Below are positions 11,163 to 21,753 of a stretch of 64,000 nt of DNA, one piece after another. The notes below the pieces were generated by a model. That model did not search any database. It saw nothing but the letters and a program-made list of their open reading frames with translations, and was not told where the DNA came from. The position numbers and the translations under genes were made by a program. This DNA is from a virus: the IMG/VR virus record IMGVR_UViG_3300005613_002762, positions 1 to 64,000 of that record, one strand, 5' to 3'. How positions within the stretch are numbered: position 1 is the stretch's first letter; each line of letters opens with the position of its first letter.

Positions 11163-12170
11163 CTACTCTACTTCTTCTTTTTCTGTCTTCAAATCAAAGT
11201 CCCCATCAACTCCGATGATTTCTTTCCAATAATCAGCATATTCTTTTTTATACTTTTCAATGGAAGCCTTTTCTTCTGCGGAATCTTTACCAGGTAAAAA
11301 ACCATGTGGTGTTACGATAATTCTACCATCCTCAAAACCAAGTCCGTTGATGTGATTTTTCATAACAGACACTTTTGTTCGTGATGCGAACTTCACGGTT
11401 CTTTTGTCTTTGGTTGCCGTAATTTTGGTTGTTCCTGCTCCTTTTTGATTTCCAAATAGAAATACCAAAGAAGAGTTTAACCAAATTGCTTCACCACCTT
11501 TTGCCTTAATCTTAGGTTGTCCAAATGGATTGTCAGGTAATTCAACCCAAGGCTGATTGACTATAATTAAAGTATTTTCAAATTTTGAATCTGATTTTCG
11601 AGATCCTGAAATTCTTTGATTAATACCCATACCAATCTTATCGGCTAATGTAGATGCATTATGTTGTTTACCACCTTTACCTTCATAGGTCATTTTACAA
11701 GGAACAGAACCAACTGAATCCCACAAGAAACATAACGAATATTCTAACTCACCTTTTTCTTGAGCGTCTAACAAACTATTAATATAATCTGTAATCTGTT
11801 CAATATAATCAAAGTTATTGTTAAAGATAAAAAATCCATCCCATTCAACTTCACCCGTTTCTTCGTCAACCACTTCTTCACATTCAAAACCCATAAGTTT
11901 CGCGTGTTCAAAAGACCATTTTTGTTCTGTAATAATGAAAACAGGAAGAATACCTTTCTTTTGAGCATCAACCGCAGTTTTAACCAAGGCTGTGGTTTTT
12001 CCTGTATCTGAGTGACCTAATAACATATTAAGGTGACCAATCGCAGGACCTGGTAAACCAACGGCATCTAAGAATTCAGAACCTAAGTCAAAAAACCTTT
12101 GAGGTTTATATTTGGCCGAGGTAGAAAACTTTTTCTTTAATGAACTAAAATCGTTCTTTTTGATTGCCAT
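11163..12170 (-). CDS. RecA/UvsX-like recombinase
   Basis: Walker A GHSDTGKTT, catalytic Glu (ITEQK), FLWDSVGS, IIVNQ, KGGEA, VMKNH. Confidence 0.88.
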   Translation of the reverse strand: MAIKKNDFSSLKKKFSTSAKYKPQRFFDLGSEFLDAVGLPGPAIGHLNMLLGHSDTGKTTALVKTAVDAQKKGILPVFIITEQKWSFEHAKLMGFECEEVVDEETGEVEWDGFFIFNNNFDYIEQITDYINSLLDAQEKGELEYSLCFLWDSVGSVPCKMTYEGKGGKQHNASTLADKIGMGINQRISGSRKSDSKFENTLIIVNQPWVELPDNPFGQPKIKAKGGEAIWLNSSLVFLFGNQKGAGTTKITATKDKRTVKFASRTKVSVMKNHINGLGFEDGRIIVTPHGFLPGKDSAEEKASIEKYKKEYADYWKEIIGVDGDFDLKTEKEEVE

Positions 12171-12172
12171 TG

Positions 12173-12391
12173 TTATTCGTAGATTTTGAAAGTGCTAATT
12201 GTTTCTAACTTATCTTTTGCGTTTGTAAGTTGTTCAACCAAGTTATCCATTTCTTCGGTGTGTTGTGGGTGTTCTCCAATCCCAACAGAACTTGTGAAGT
12301 AAACATATAGTCTTGCTTCAGCGTCTGCAATTTCTGCCTCGTATTTTTTTACAAGGGCTTCTTTCAATTTTTCTGCAATGTAAGGTTTCAT
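12173..12391 (-). CDS. Small hypothetical helical-hairpin protein
   Basis: 72-aa ORF abutting the recombinase start; two amphipathic helices around VGIGEHPQ. Confidence 0.7.
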   Translation of the reverse strand: MKPYIAEKLKEALVKKYEAEIADAEARLYVYFTSSVGIGEHPQHTEEMDNLVEQLTNAKDKLETISTFKIYE

Positions 12392-12417
12392 ATTTTTTTG
12401 TGTTTTATAAAAGATAA

Positions 12418-12462
12418 ATAAAAATGGGCACTTTGTATACCGTAGTGCCCATGTTTTTTTTT
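12418..12462. terminator. Intrinsic terminator-like hairpin downstream of the SSB gene (possibly bidirectional)
   Basis: ATGGGCACT...AGTGCCCAT stem flanked by an A-run and a T-run. Confidence 0.65.
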
Positions 12463-12464
12463 AA

Positions 12465-13328
12465 TTAGAATGGTAGTTGTTCATCAACTTCCTCGTTTGC
12501 TTGGGGGTCTGAAATTTCAGTAATAGATACCGATTTAGTTCCTCCCATAGAAACTTCAGATGTTTCAGTATTAGAGTAAACGTAACCACCTTTTTCTGAA
12601 TCCCAACGTGGTGTTTCTCCTCTTGCAATTGCTTCAAGATATTCAACAGGTTTTTTAGAATAAACATCTTCCCATGTCATTGGATCTGCAACCCATTCTG
12701 CCATTTGATCAGTGTCTTGTGAAATCGCACAAGGATCATCATACATAACAGTTTGAATTACGGTGTAAGTAGCACCTTTTCCTGTTTTTGCTTTGGTTAA
12801 CTCAAGAATTAAATCACGACCATTATCAGGATCTGTAATGTCACCTTTAGCTTTCCAAATTGGAATGATTTTATCAAGGATTCCTTCTTGTTTGTAATTG
12901 TGTTTGAAACGCCAGAATTTAACTCCGTCTTGTTCGTTGTCACGATCGATTACTTTAACAATATAGAATTTACGAGCTTTGTATTGTTTTGCCAATTCTT
13001 TGTCGGCATCACGTCCTGTTGCCATAAGTTCTTCGTAAACTTCGTTTAAAGGTGAACGCTCATTGTCGTTTTTGGCCGGATCATAGAATTTTTGCCATTT
13101 ACCATCAACTTGAACTTCATGGAACCATACCTCTTTAAAAGGTGATGATCCGTCTGTTGTAGGTAAAATACGAACTCTTCTTTGTCCTTGTTTTTCATTG
13201 TCTTTCAAAAGAGCCGCGAAATATTTTTTCATTCGGTCTTCAGAAGACATCTTTGATGTAGAACTTGAACTACTTTGTGTGGATTTTTCGTACTGAGCCA
13301 GTACTGCGTCTAATAGGTTTGTCGCCAT
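12465..13328 (-). CDS. Single-stranded DNA-binding protein (T4 gp32-like)
   Basis: VRILP...PFKEVWFH, FYIVKVIDR, GVKFWRF, DITDPDNGRDLIL, acidic C-tail ending EVDEQLPF. Confidence 0.85.
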   Translation of the reverse strand: MATNLLDAVLAQYEKSTQSSSSSTSKMSSEDRMKKYFAALLKDNEKQGQRRVRILPTTDGSSPFKEVWFHEVQVDGKWQKFYDPAKNDNERSPLNEVYEELMATGRDADKELAKQYKARKFYIVKVIDRDNEQDGVKFWRFKHNYKQEGILDKIIPIWKAKGDITDPDNGRDLILELTKAKTGKGATYTVIQTVMYDDPCAISQDTDQMAEWVADPMTWEDVYSKKPVEYLEAIARGETPRWDSEKGGYVYSNTETSEVSMGGTKSVSITEISDPQANEEVDEQLPF

Positions 13329-13359
13329 GTGTGTAAAAAATTAAAAAGTTTATATGTCA

Positions 13360-13391
13360 GAAATATAGTTGTAAGTTAGTCAATTGTCAAA
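13360..13391 (-). promoter_or_regulatory. Host-sigma-type (early/middle) promoter of the SSB-recombinase block
   Basis: Minus strand TTGACA (13390-13385), 17 nt, TATATT (13367-13362). Also reads as TTTG-20 nt-TATATTTC (Bacteroidota -33/-7-like). Sits just downstream of a terminator. Confidence 0.7.
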
Positions 13392-13399
13392 TAGGTCGC

Positions 13400-13428
13400 A
13401 AAAAAAAAGGTCACTTATTGTGACCTTT
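13400..13428 (-). terminator. Intrinsic terminator ending the upstream structural transcript
   Basis: AAAGGTCAC-5 nt-GTGACCTTT perfect stem with a T-run on the minus strand, a few nt after the stop at 13433. Confidence 0.8.
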
Positions 13429-13432
13429 AATG

Positions 13433-14119
13433 TTAAGAATTATATCTGTTTAATAATATATCATCTTCGTCTTCTATTGGTTCATTAAAAGACTTTTCTA
13501 TTTCTGATGGGCTAAAGTTTTCAACTTCATCTTGAGTTAATACATACTCATTTTTTCCACTTTTTTCCATTTCAACTTCTTTATCTTTAAAGAAATCGGC
13601 TAAATTTTGTTTGTATGGTCCTGAATCTAAAGATCTTAGTTCTAATTTTTCTTGTGCTGTTTTTGGTCTATATTTTTCTACTTTAGCATCTAACAAATCA
13701 ATCTTTTGAATTAGGTTATCCATACTTGCCAACTTCTCTTCCATTTTTTGGATTTGTCCAAATAGATTGTCAAAATATTCTTCTTGTTTATCAGCCATAG
13801 TTTTTTGTGAATCTACTAAATCTGTAATGTCTAATTCCTCAGTTTCACCCTCACCTTCTTTTCCAACTTCTTCAACGTCAGGATCTGCAGCAACATCAAC
13901 AGGTTCTCCTTCAGGGGCTGCTGGTGGTGCCGGAGCCGCTGCGTCAGGTGCCGCACCTTCGGCCGGTGGTGGAACCTCTTCACCTGGAGGTGGTGGGACC
14001 TCTCCTCCTGCCAATGCAGGATCTTCTACCGGTGGAGGTGGTGCGTCCTGTTCTGTTATATATCTATTAATAGATTTATATCTCGTAATTTCATTCAATA
14101 TTTTTTCGTCTATTTTCAT
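13433..14119 (-). CDS. Hypothetical acidic Pro/Ala/Glu-rich coiled-coil protein (possible head-internal or scaffold-like)
   Basis: N-terminal KILNEITRYKSINRYITEQ, low-complexity PPPP/EE region, then EELDITDLV and a coiled coil. Confidence 0.7.
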   Translation of the reverse strand: MKIDEKILNEITRYKSINRYITEQDAPPPPVEDPALAGGEVPPPPGEEVPPPAEGAAPDAAAPAPPAAPEGEPVDVAADPDVEEVGKEGEGETEELDITDLVDSQKTMADKQEEYFDNLFGQIQKMEEKLASMDNLIQKIDLLDAKVEKYRPKTAQEKLELRSLDSGPYKQNLADFFKDKEVEMEKSGKNEYVLTQDEVENFSPSEIEKSFNEPIEDEDDILLNRYNS

Positions 14120-14120
14120 C

Positions 14121-14345
14121 TTATCCGTTTAATAATGTTTTTATACCACTTTTGGTTTCAACTTGAATTTTTCTAAATTGTTTCATTGTGTTGTCAACAC
14201 GTTCGATTAGTCCGTCTTTCATTCTTAAAGTATAACAATCTCCTGTGTCTAAATCACAAACTTGTTTTGTTCCATCACCCATGTCCTTTTCAGAAACTCG
14301 AGTATTTTTACCTAAGTAATTATCTAATAATAGTTTTGTATTCAT
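14121..14345 (-). CDS. Small hypothetical protein (start probably ATG 14345, MNTKLLL...)
   Basis: The ORF track gives 14121..14375, but a TATTTAT motif at 14359-14365 lies just upstream of the second ATG. Contains VCDLDTGDCY. Confidence 0.65.
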   Translation of the reverse strand: MNTKLLLDNYLGKNTRVSEKDMGDGTKQVCDLDTGDCYTLRMKDGLIERVDNTMKQFRKIQVETKSGIKTLLNG

Positions 14346-14374
14346 AGTTTTTTTATTTATAAATATCTTATACA

Positions 14375-17300
14375 TTAAATTTGTTTATTTAATGATATAA
14401 ATATTTGAACTGCCTTAACAAATTCAGATCTTAAAACATCAATTTGATTATCATCTTTTTCTATTTGAGCATAAACATCGGGGTTTTGTTTAATGGGAAA
14501 ATTTAAAACATATTGTTTAGCTAAATTAAAAGGGAGTGAAAAATCTCCGAATTGACTAAAATTACTTTCATCCGCTAAAATCTGACCGACAACGTTTTTA
14601 ACTCTATCAAAAATAAAAGTCATAAATGTTTCTTTGTTTTTAAAACTTACTATTGGTAAATTTTTATCCGTCCCTCTTTTAACACAATAATATTTTCTAT
14701 TAATATATTCAAAAAATTGATCCCCATAAACTTCTTTTAAATTAATTGTCGAATAGTTGTTTTCATAGGCACTTAATTGAGTTCCATTATTATTACCTGA
14801 ATCAACAAAAACAAATGTAAACATCATAAGTCGTAAAAAGGACGTATCCTCTTGTGTTGGATCTAATCCATTATCATTTAATACTTTAATCACTAAATTA
14901 TATAATTCTTTAGTTGACATACTTGATTGTGTTGGTTCTTCTACCGGAGTAAATCCATTGTATCTTGAATTTAATTGTGACGAACAATCTTGATTTTTAG
15001 TAAGAACGTCATCGGATTGTAAATTTGAAATTGTGTTCTGTGCTTGAAATAAAACATTAACAGAATCTTCTTTTTGTTTTTCCTCTTTTTCTTGAACTTT
15101 AGTTTTTAACTGTGATAAAATTTGAGTATTAAGTGTTTGTAAAAAATTATCTACTGTTGGTAAACTATAGAAAGGTTGTCTAACTCCTTCAAATCTTGTG
15201 GTAAATCCTGTTTCAGACACATCGTGAGTGACTTTTAAAATCATATATGGACCCGAAAACATCGGTATATTTCTTATATTAAAATACATCATTGGTTGTA
15301 TTAAAGCATTTCCCATCATATCAACAGAACAACTATAACTTCTATTTTTATATAAATTATATAAAGACACGCTTTGTGTTGTAGATCTTCTGTTTTTACC
15401 TAAATTGGCCATTTGATTCAACATTTCTAAAGATTCTGAAGTTGGTTTACCGGGATCTTGGGCAACATCAAAACTTTTAAATATTTGTTGATTTTCTCTT
15501 GTTATGTCAACATTAAATCCAACAATTTTATTGGACTTATCCCAATCGTTTTTATTTATTTGATTTTCAGTTAACGGATTATCGCTAGCCCGTCTTAAGT
15601 CAAACGCATCATCTCTAAATCTATAATCAACATTATCTTTCATTGATAAATGTTCGCTTGGTTTTGACACGTAATAACAAAGAAATTTCGGTGAAGTTTG
15701 TCTGTAATCAACATTTAAAAATGTTCCAAACATTGTATTTGCAACATCTAATGTTCCATCAGGTCTAGGTGTTGGGTTTTTTGTCGCATCTTGCACATTA
15801 TAGAAATTAACATATGCAGGTAACATAAAATGCTGAAAGTTATTTTGAACCAATATGGTTGTCACCATATCTAATAATGTATTTTTGTATGAAGAACTTC
15901 CTTGATTTTTATCTGACGCTCCGTCTTCTAACATATCTATGATTGCATAAATGTCCACTAAAACTTTGTCTCCAACATTTCTACTCGCTCTATCGACTAA
16001 TAAAACATCTTCGAATAATGTTTTACTTTCAAAATCAAATCCGGCTATCCATGTGTCGTTTAAAGATTTAAATGTTTCCCATAACTCAGTTCTGGTTTGT
16101 TCTGTAAAACCAGCCTCAAGTGGTGCTCTACTTTGTGAATTGTCTTCACTAACAAATACATTAGGTAATTGTTTTCTTACGTAAGGTAACATAGTATTAA
16201 TAACGTTTCCAATGTATAAATTAGAATCATCAATATAAGAATCCATTAAATTATAAAACTTAGTTAGATTAAGATTATTATCTGATAACTTTTGGGTTGC
16301 ATAAATTTTAACTAAAGGGGCAAACTGTTGAACGTTTTTTTCATTAAAAGCGACATTCAAGTCAATAAAAAAGTCTGTTATATATGATCCACTATTTTTA
16401 TATTCTAATTTCGGTATTGATGATTTTCCAACATAAAACTCAAGTGCTTCCCATGTTTTTGGGTTTTGTTGTTTTGATTGAGCTAAAGTTACTTGTGGTG
16501 GTAAATTTCCTTGTTCGTAAGGTGGATATATTATCGGGTCTTCTAAAAACCTAGTCGAAAAAGTATAATAAAGTCTACGATCATAATCAGTAGGATTTCC
16601 ATATTTAAAAACCACATTATAGTTGATAAATCCACTTAAAACATTTTGAAATATTTTATTTTGATTTTCAATTATATTGGATAATAATGTTTCAGGTGAT
16701 GTCCCTTCGGGTTTATCAATTTTCATTAAACTTCTCATTAAAAGATGAAAATTTTTAAAACTTTGTTCAGTATCAGTTTCAACCAAAGATCTTTGTTGTG
16801 TTCCAACACCAGATTCTTCTTGAACTAAGGGGTTAGGTAACGTGTCGACATAATCGTATAATGATTTACTGAAATTTAAAAATTCGCTTTCAAATTTATC
16901 TAAAACTGATGTGTTAAATGTTGTAAATAATTCTTCAAAATCGGTATAATCACCATTATCACCTGTGATTAAAAAGTTTTGTTGTTCTTTTTGATCATTT
17001 AATATTTGTTTTAAATATGTTTCGGGGTTGTTTTTAACTAACTTTGAGTTGTCAAACCAACCGTATTGAGGTGCGTTCCAAAATAATCTAACAGATCCGT
17101 TAAACATTGCTGGGTTGTTTGAAAGTTCAACTTTCATTTCTCCATTTTTAAACGCTTCGAACTTAGCTTGATTAATATTGGAACCAAAAGATGGCATCAC
17201 AAAATATGAATTAGCATCGGTTGTTTGTCTAACGATTACTGACCATGGAGATACTCTCATTGATCTTTGTGCGTTGTTTGGGTCAAAACCTGGTGTCTCA

Positions 17301-20300
17301 AATATAGTAGAATTAGTAGTATTCATCATTACCATCTTTCCACTATTCAGATAATTTTGAATCTGAGAGGATCCAATACCTTGAATAAATGCTCCTTGAA
17401 CTATAAAATCTGAAAATCCTGGTGTTAATAATGTTGATGTTGTATATAAACCAACACCTCCTGTAGTTCCCGTTATTTGTGATGTTATTACAACATTACC
17501 ATTTAAATTTTGTCCATTTAAAATTGATCCGTTAACAATCACATTACTTCCGATTGTATTAACCTGTATTGGTGGGTTTAATACATTATAACTAAATGTT
17601 TGTGCCGATATAGAAGAAACTTCACATAAGAAATCTGTTGCTGTTGTTGCTGACACCACATTTATTAAATTCAATCCCGTCGTATTTGACGATCCTCCCA
17701 AAATTTGACCAGAGCTTAATGGGAATTGTGTTGTATTAGTTATATTCGCAAAACTACCTAATTCAAAATTTAAATTATTAAACGAAGCATTAAAGTTTAA
17801 AGGTGTTGTATAAAATCCTGTTCCCCCTGAAACACCAGATGTTTGACCCGTTAATAAAATATTGGCATTAAGTTGTGGTATAAAAATCGTATGTGGTAAA
17901 GTAATATAATTGTCGGTTATTGAATTAATTGTAATTCCAGTTCCTGTTGTTGAGCAAGTTCCCGTAACTTTAAATGTGTTACAAGTTCCTGTAATTTCAT
18001 TCACAACACAACTACCACTAACTTGTGTTTGTCCACTAAACAATTTTAATCCTTGTATAAAAACATTAAAGTCGTCAATAAGTTGTGGATAAAATCCTGT
18101 GTTAATATCTGTAAATGGTGGAGTTCCTGTTGTTGTGTCTAAAACCAAATTTTTTGGTGTTCCATCAATTGTTAAATTATAATTTAAAGTGGTTGCAGAA
18201 TTGATCGGATCCCAATTTTCTTTATAGTTAAAATCCTTCCAAACCTCATCTAAGATGTCGGTTCCTGTTTCTTTAAAATTTTTATATCTATGCCAAATTG
18301 ATCCATATTTTAAAATCCAAGCGTATGGTAGTTTGTGTATTGCCCCAAATTTTTTCATAGTTGATAAAATATAATCTAAATCAGTAATAGACTCACCTGA
18401 CTTAGTTTTATATTTTTCTCTTAAAGTCGCCAATGGTAAACTGTTAAGAAACAAATATGCAGCTTGTTTATATGGATATTGATCGTTTTGTTTATATCTA
18501 AATTTAAAAACCCCTGACTGAATAGCATTAATGAAATATGGACTATTCATCATTGATGTTGTTTGTGAATCTATTAAATAATTTGTATAGTTAGAATAAT
18601 TCAAATTACCTTCTGTAATTACCTGATCTTTAAATGTTCTATTTTGGTAGAAATTTTTTAAATCGTTTGGGTCAACATCAATTGTTAAATCATTAAAGTT
18701 AAAATTTGTGAATGGTCTTTTATCATCATTATTTTCTGAATCAAAATTGGTAATAGTCTTGTGAATATCATTATATGTCAATACTAATTTAGTATCGAAA
18801 GCCTCATTACTATTATTTAAAGATTTACCATCTGCCAAATTATTTTTATCCCAAGTTAAATCTGTTAAAGGATATGTGTCTATAAAGTCAAATTCGTTAG
18901 ATGAGGTTAACCCTGTCATATATTTTTTTATATTCACCAAATCATTAGGATTTGCTAATGACAAGTTTGGTTGTGATCTTAGTGAATTTAATATCGATCC
19001 ATTATATAACAAATTAGGATTATTAACATCATTTCTAATATATGGCGTAACAAATTCACCACGAATAAAGTTTTGCCAACTTTCACCTTGACCTTCATTT
19101 GAAATGTGTCTTAAAAATGGAACATAGTTATTTGAATCTAATAGATATTCTTTAATTTTTTTAGTTAAAAACGGATTATCATTTGATAAACTTTCCACCA
19201 TATTAACCCCTTCTTGATCCGACTCCACTTCGTATACGCTAGATGGGTATCCTGATTTTCTATTAAACCTACTATAAAACGCATTTAATATTAGTCTTTC
19301 GTATATTTCGTAAAAGTATTTGGATTCTTCTTTATTTTGAAAAACCTCGTTGTTAATTGGGAAGTCTATTGCATTTAACGACGCTCTTTTGGGTTGTAAA
19401 TTATTTTCATTGGCAAAAGTTTCTTTATTATCAACACTTGATCTTTCAGTATATCCTTTAATAAATTGTTCAACGAACTCTACTTCGGGCCAAATTTCAG
19501 GATTATACGATCTAAATGATGATGCAACTGTTTGATCACCAGGATAAATTACTTCAAATTTTTCTTGATTATCTTCACCAACGCTTTCTTTAATTACTTG
19601 AGGCCATGGATAAATTGGTTCGTTATTTTGTGTTGACCCTTTAATGTCTACACTCGGTGCTGTATTTGACGATCCAAATATTGCCGCTCTTCTATATTGG
19701 TTTTCTCTTTGATCCCAAGCCTTTTTATGAACCTCATCAAGTAATCTTAAAAACGCTTCTCCTTGACAATAAAAAATTGCTAAAATATTTCTTATAGATG
19801 GGACAAAACCTAAAGTTCCGCTTCCTTGACCATTAAACTTTGTAGATAAACTTGCTGTAATTTCAGATTCAACTTTTTTTCTTGTTTCTTGAGCCTCCTT
19901 AGACATATTATCTGTAATGTCCATAAATGATTTTGGTCCTTCGAAAAAGTATGAAATATTTTCATTAACCAATAAATCTTGTTCGAGAGTTCTTTTGAAT
20001 TGAACAATTACTGAATCAGTTTCTTTAAAAGGTCCTTTAGGTGCATTTTTTTGTGACGTGTATGTTGCCACCAAATCTATATCACTAATACTAACAATTT
20101 TCTTTTGAAATGTTTGTAATTTAATTTCAAACGGTATTTGAGATTCTGTTTTTTTTCCACCAACAGTATAACTACCGTTTAACCCTAAAACACCATTCTG
20201 ATTTAATGTGTCATTATATTGTTGAATATCCCCTTGTAGTTTAGTAATACCTTCTTGTCTTTTGTTTGCGTCAAATTCTTTTTTAAATAAGAACACATTT

Positions 20301-21439
20301 TGATTGTCTTTTTTCAAGACAATTGGATTATCTCGGTCCATATATGTGGTATACCAAGAACCGTTAGAAAATAAAAATATTTTTTGTTGATAGTTTAACA
20401 GAGTTGATGTATATACACTCATGTCAGTTAAAATCCCCATGTTTTCTTTTTCAAACTGGGATAAAATATCATCTATAAATTTCTGTAATCTATATTTTAA
20501 TTGATTAAGTGTTATTTCGGGAAAATTATCAGGAATAAGACCCTTAGATTTATAAATTGAGTATACCTCTTTCATTTTTTGATATCCTCGACTCACAATT
20601 TTAGGTTTTGTTGCCGTTGTAGAACTTGACACATCATTACCTTGTTGTATTGCACTTGGGGTTTCAGTTACCGTATTATTATACATTTGTGGAACCGCCA
20701 TTAAAGCTCCGAAGTTTACATAAGATAACAAGGTATACTTATATCCAAAAAATTTAAGGTTTACTGTAAAGTTATGTGTTGATGGATCAAATGTTGATGT
20801 AAACGATTGTAACATTATCGGAAACTTAACTGCCTTTCCATAATACCCTTTTAAAGTTAACGTAAATTGTGGGTATGGCAATTGAAAGAAAGCTGCGTAT
20901 GGTGAGTTATTTCCACCTTCAAATAACGCTCTTCCTTTAACATCTTCTAACGATATATCTACTTGAGGTAAAAAATCTGTCCCTATTGAAAATTTTATGG
21001 ATTTGATTCCCAATAAACCATTATCGACTGCACCAGGAGTTCCATTTGAAACTAAGTTTTGTGTTATATAAAAATCATCGGATCTATTTGGGTTTTTAAC
21101 CGAAGTTAAATTAGGTTGATTAACCCCAAGTCCTTTTAGTGTGTCTTTACCTGTTAATTCATCTGACCAACCTGTATCCATGAATTTTTTGTTACCAGGA
21201 TTTAAAAAATTAATTTTACCAACAGATATGGTTCTTTGTGAATCATTCATCGCCGAACCAACGGCCAATTTTGTTCTCGGAAGAACGTTACATTCTAAAT
21301 TGGCATAATAAACTAAGTCCTCTTGTTTAACCAATCGGTCTTTAACATTACCCTCTTGATCAACCGTTTTGTTTGGATCAATTAATGTTATGTTGTCGTA
21401 ATCAAACTCAACTAATATGTTATCGTTATTATCTACCAT
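14375..21439 (-). CDS. Very large (2354 aa) putative baseplate hub / tail-associated protein
   Basis: N-terminal LLGIKSIKF...LEDVKGRALFE...PYPQFTLTLKGYYG and C-proximal YSCSVDMMGNALIQPMMYF...FSGPYMILKVTHDV...FTTRFEGVR, patterns resembling hub (gp27/VgrG-like) halves; located in the baseplate cluster. Confidence 0.6.
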   Translation of the reverse strand: MVDNNDNILVEFDYDNITLIDPNKTVDQEGNVKDRLVKQEDLVYYANLECNVLPRTKLAVGSAMNDSQRTISVGKINFLNPGNKKFMDTGWSDELTGKDTLKGLGVNQPNLTSVKNPNRSDDFYITQNLVSNGTPGAVDNGLLGIKSIKFSIGTDFLPQVDISLEDVKGRALFEGGNNSPYAAFFQLPYPQFTLTLKGYYGKAVKFPIMLQSFTSTFDPSTHNFTVNLKFFGYKYTLLSYVNFGALMAVPQMYNNTVTETPSAIQQGNDVSSSTTATKPKIVSRGYQKMKEVYSIYKSKGLIPDNFPEITLNQLKYRLQKFIDDILSQFEKENMGILTDMSVYTSTLLNYQQKIFLFSNGSWYTTYMDRDNPIVLKKDNQNVFLFKKEFDANKRQEGITKLQGDIQQYNDTLNQNGVLGLNGSYTVGGKKTESQIPFEIKLQTFQKKIVSISDIDLVATYTSQKNAPKGPFKETDSVIVQFKRTLEQDLLVNENISYFFEGPKSFMDITDNMSKEAQETRKKVESEITASLSTKFNGQGSGTLGFVPSIRNILAIFYCQGEAFLRLLDEVHKKAWDQRENQYRRAAIFGSSNTAPSVDIKGSTQNNEPIYPWPQVIKESVGEDNQEKFEVIYPGDQTVASSFRSYNPEIWPEVEFVEQFIKGYTERSSVDNKETFANENNLQPKRASLNAIDFPINNEVFQNKEESKYFYEIYERLILNAFYSRFNRKSGYPSSVYEVESDQEGVNMVESLSNDNPFLTKKIKEYLLDSNNYVPFLRHISNEGQGESWQNFIRGEFVTPYIRNDVNNPNLLYNGSILNSLRSQPNLSLANPNDLVNIKKYMTGLTSSNEFDFIDTYPLTDLTWDKNNLADGKSLNNSNEAFDTKLVLTYNDIHKTITNFDSENNDDKRPFTNFNFNDLTIDVDPNDLKNFYQNRTFKDQVITEGNLNYSNYTNYLIDSQTTSMMNSPYFINAIQSGVFKFRYKQNDQYPYKQAAYLFLNSLPLATLREKYKTKSGESITDLDYILSTMKKFGAIHKLPYAWILKYGSIWHRYKNFKETGTDILDEVWKDFNYKENWDPINSATTLNYNLTIDGTPKNLVLDTTTGTPPFTDINTGFYPQLIDDFNVFIQGLKLFSGQTQVSGSCVVNEITGTCNTFKVTGTCSTTGTGITINSITDNYITLPHTIFIPQLNANILLTGQTSGVSGGTGFYTTPLNFNASFNNLNFELGSFANITNTTQFPLSSGQILGGSSNTTGLNLINVVSATTATDFLCEVSSISAQTFSYNVLNPPIQVNTIGSNVIVNGSILNGQNLNGNVVITSQITGTTGGVGLYTTSTLLTPGFSDFIVQGAFIQGIGSSQIQNYLNSGKMVMMNTTNSTIFETPGFDPNNAQRSMRVSPWSVIVRQTTDANSYFVMPSFGSNINQAKFEAFKNGEMKVELSNNPAMFNGSVRLFWNAPQYGWFDNSKLVKNNPETYLKQILNDQKEQQNFLITGDNGDYTDFEELFTTFNTSVLDKFESEFLNFSKSLYDYVDTLPNPLVQEESGVGTQQRSLVETDTEQSFKNFHLLMRSLMKIDKPEGTSPETLLSNIIENQNKIFQNVLSGFINYNVVFKYGNPTDYDRRLYYTFSTRFLEDPIIYPPYEQGNLPPQVTLAQSKQQNPKTWEALEFYVGKSSIPKLEYKNSGSYITDFFIDLNVAFNEKNVQQFAPLVKIYATQKLSDNNLNLTKFYNLMDSYIDDSNLYIGNVINTMLPYVRKQLPNVFVSEDNSQSRAPLEAGFTEQTRTELWETFKSLNDTWIAGFDFESKTLFEDVLLVDRASRNVGDKVLVDIYAIIDMLEDGASDKNQGSSSYKNTLLDMVTTILVQNNFQHFMLPAYVNFYNVQDATKNPTPRPDGTLDVANTMFGTFLNVDYRQTSPKFLCYYVSKPSEHLSMKDNVDYRFRDDAFDLRRASDNPLTENQINKNDWDKSNKIVGFNVDITRENQQIFKSFDVAQDPGKPTSESLEMLNQMANLGKNRRSTTQSVSLYNLYKNRSYSCSVDMMGNALIQPMMYFNIRNIPMFSGPYMILKVTHDVSETGFTTRFEGVRQPFYSLPTVDNFLQTLNTQILSQLKTKVQEKEEKQKEDSVNVLFQAQNTISNLQSDDVLTKNQDCSSQLNSRYNGFTPVEEPTQSSMSTKELYNLVIKVLNDNGLDPTQEDTSFLRLMMFTFVFVDSGNNNGTQLSAYENNYSTINLKEVYGDQFFEYINRKYYCVKRGTDKNLPIVSFKNKETFMTFIFDRVKNVVGQILADESNFSQFGDFSLPFNLAKQYVLNFPIKQNPDVYAQIEKDDNQIDVLRSEFVKAVQIFISLNKQI

Positions 21440-21752
21440 AGTAGAAGAAGTAATTTTCCAAAGTATTATTGTAATCTTGTAAAGAAGCTACTAAAGGAAA
21501 TGGAATTGTCAATACCGCACCATCAGGTATAGAAAACTCACTACCCGAAAATTGGGGGTTAGCCGCCTGAATCAACCAACCAAAATAAGGTGTTGAATAG
21601 TATTGTTGAGATATTTTATCTAATCTTGATTGACCGACTTTATATATGTAATTTTTATCAGTTGTTTTAGATGGTAGAGTTATAAAAGGGACAACGTTTT
21701 GTTGTCCATTTATTAAAAAGTCAGTATATCTATTCCAATATTGTAGTGCCAT
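21429..21752 (-). CDS. Baseplate wedge protein, gp53/LysM-like
   Basis: RLDKISQQYYSTPYFGWLIQAANP...IPDGAVLTIP. Confidence 0.8.
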   Translation of the reverse strand: MALQYWNRYTDFLINGQQNVVPFITLPSKTTDKNYIYKVGQSRLDKISQQYYSTPYFGWLIQAANPQFSGSEFSIPDGAVLTIPFPLVASLQDYNNTLENYFFYYGR

Positions 21753-21753
21753 A

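Noticed and set aside
13767-14132. 121-aa Gly/Ser-rich plus-strand ORF
   Set aside because: Antisense shadow of the Pro/Ala-rich segment of 13433..14119.
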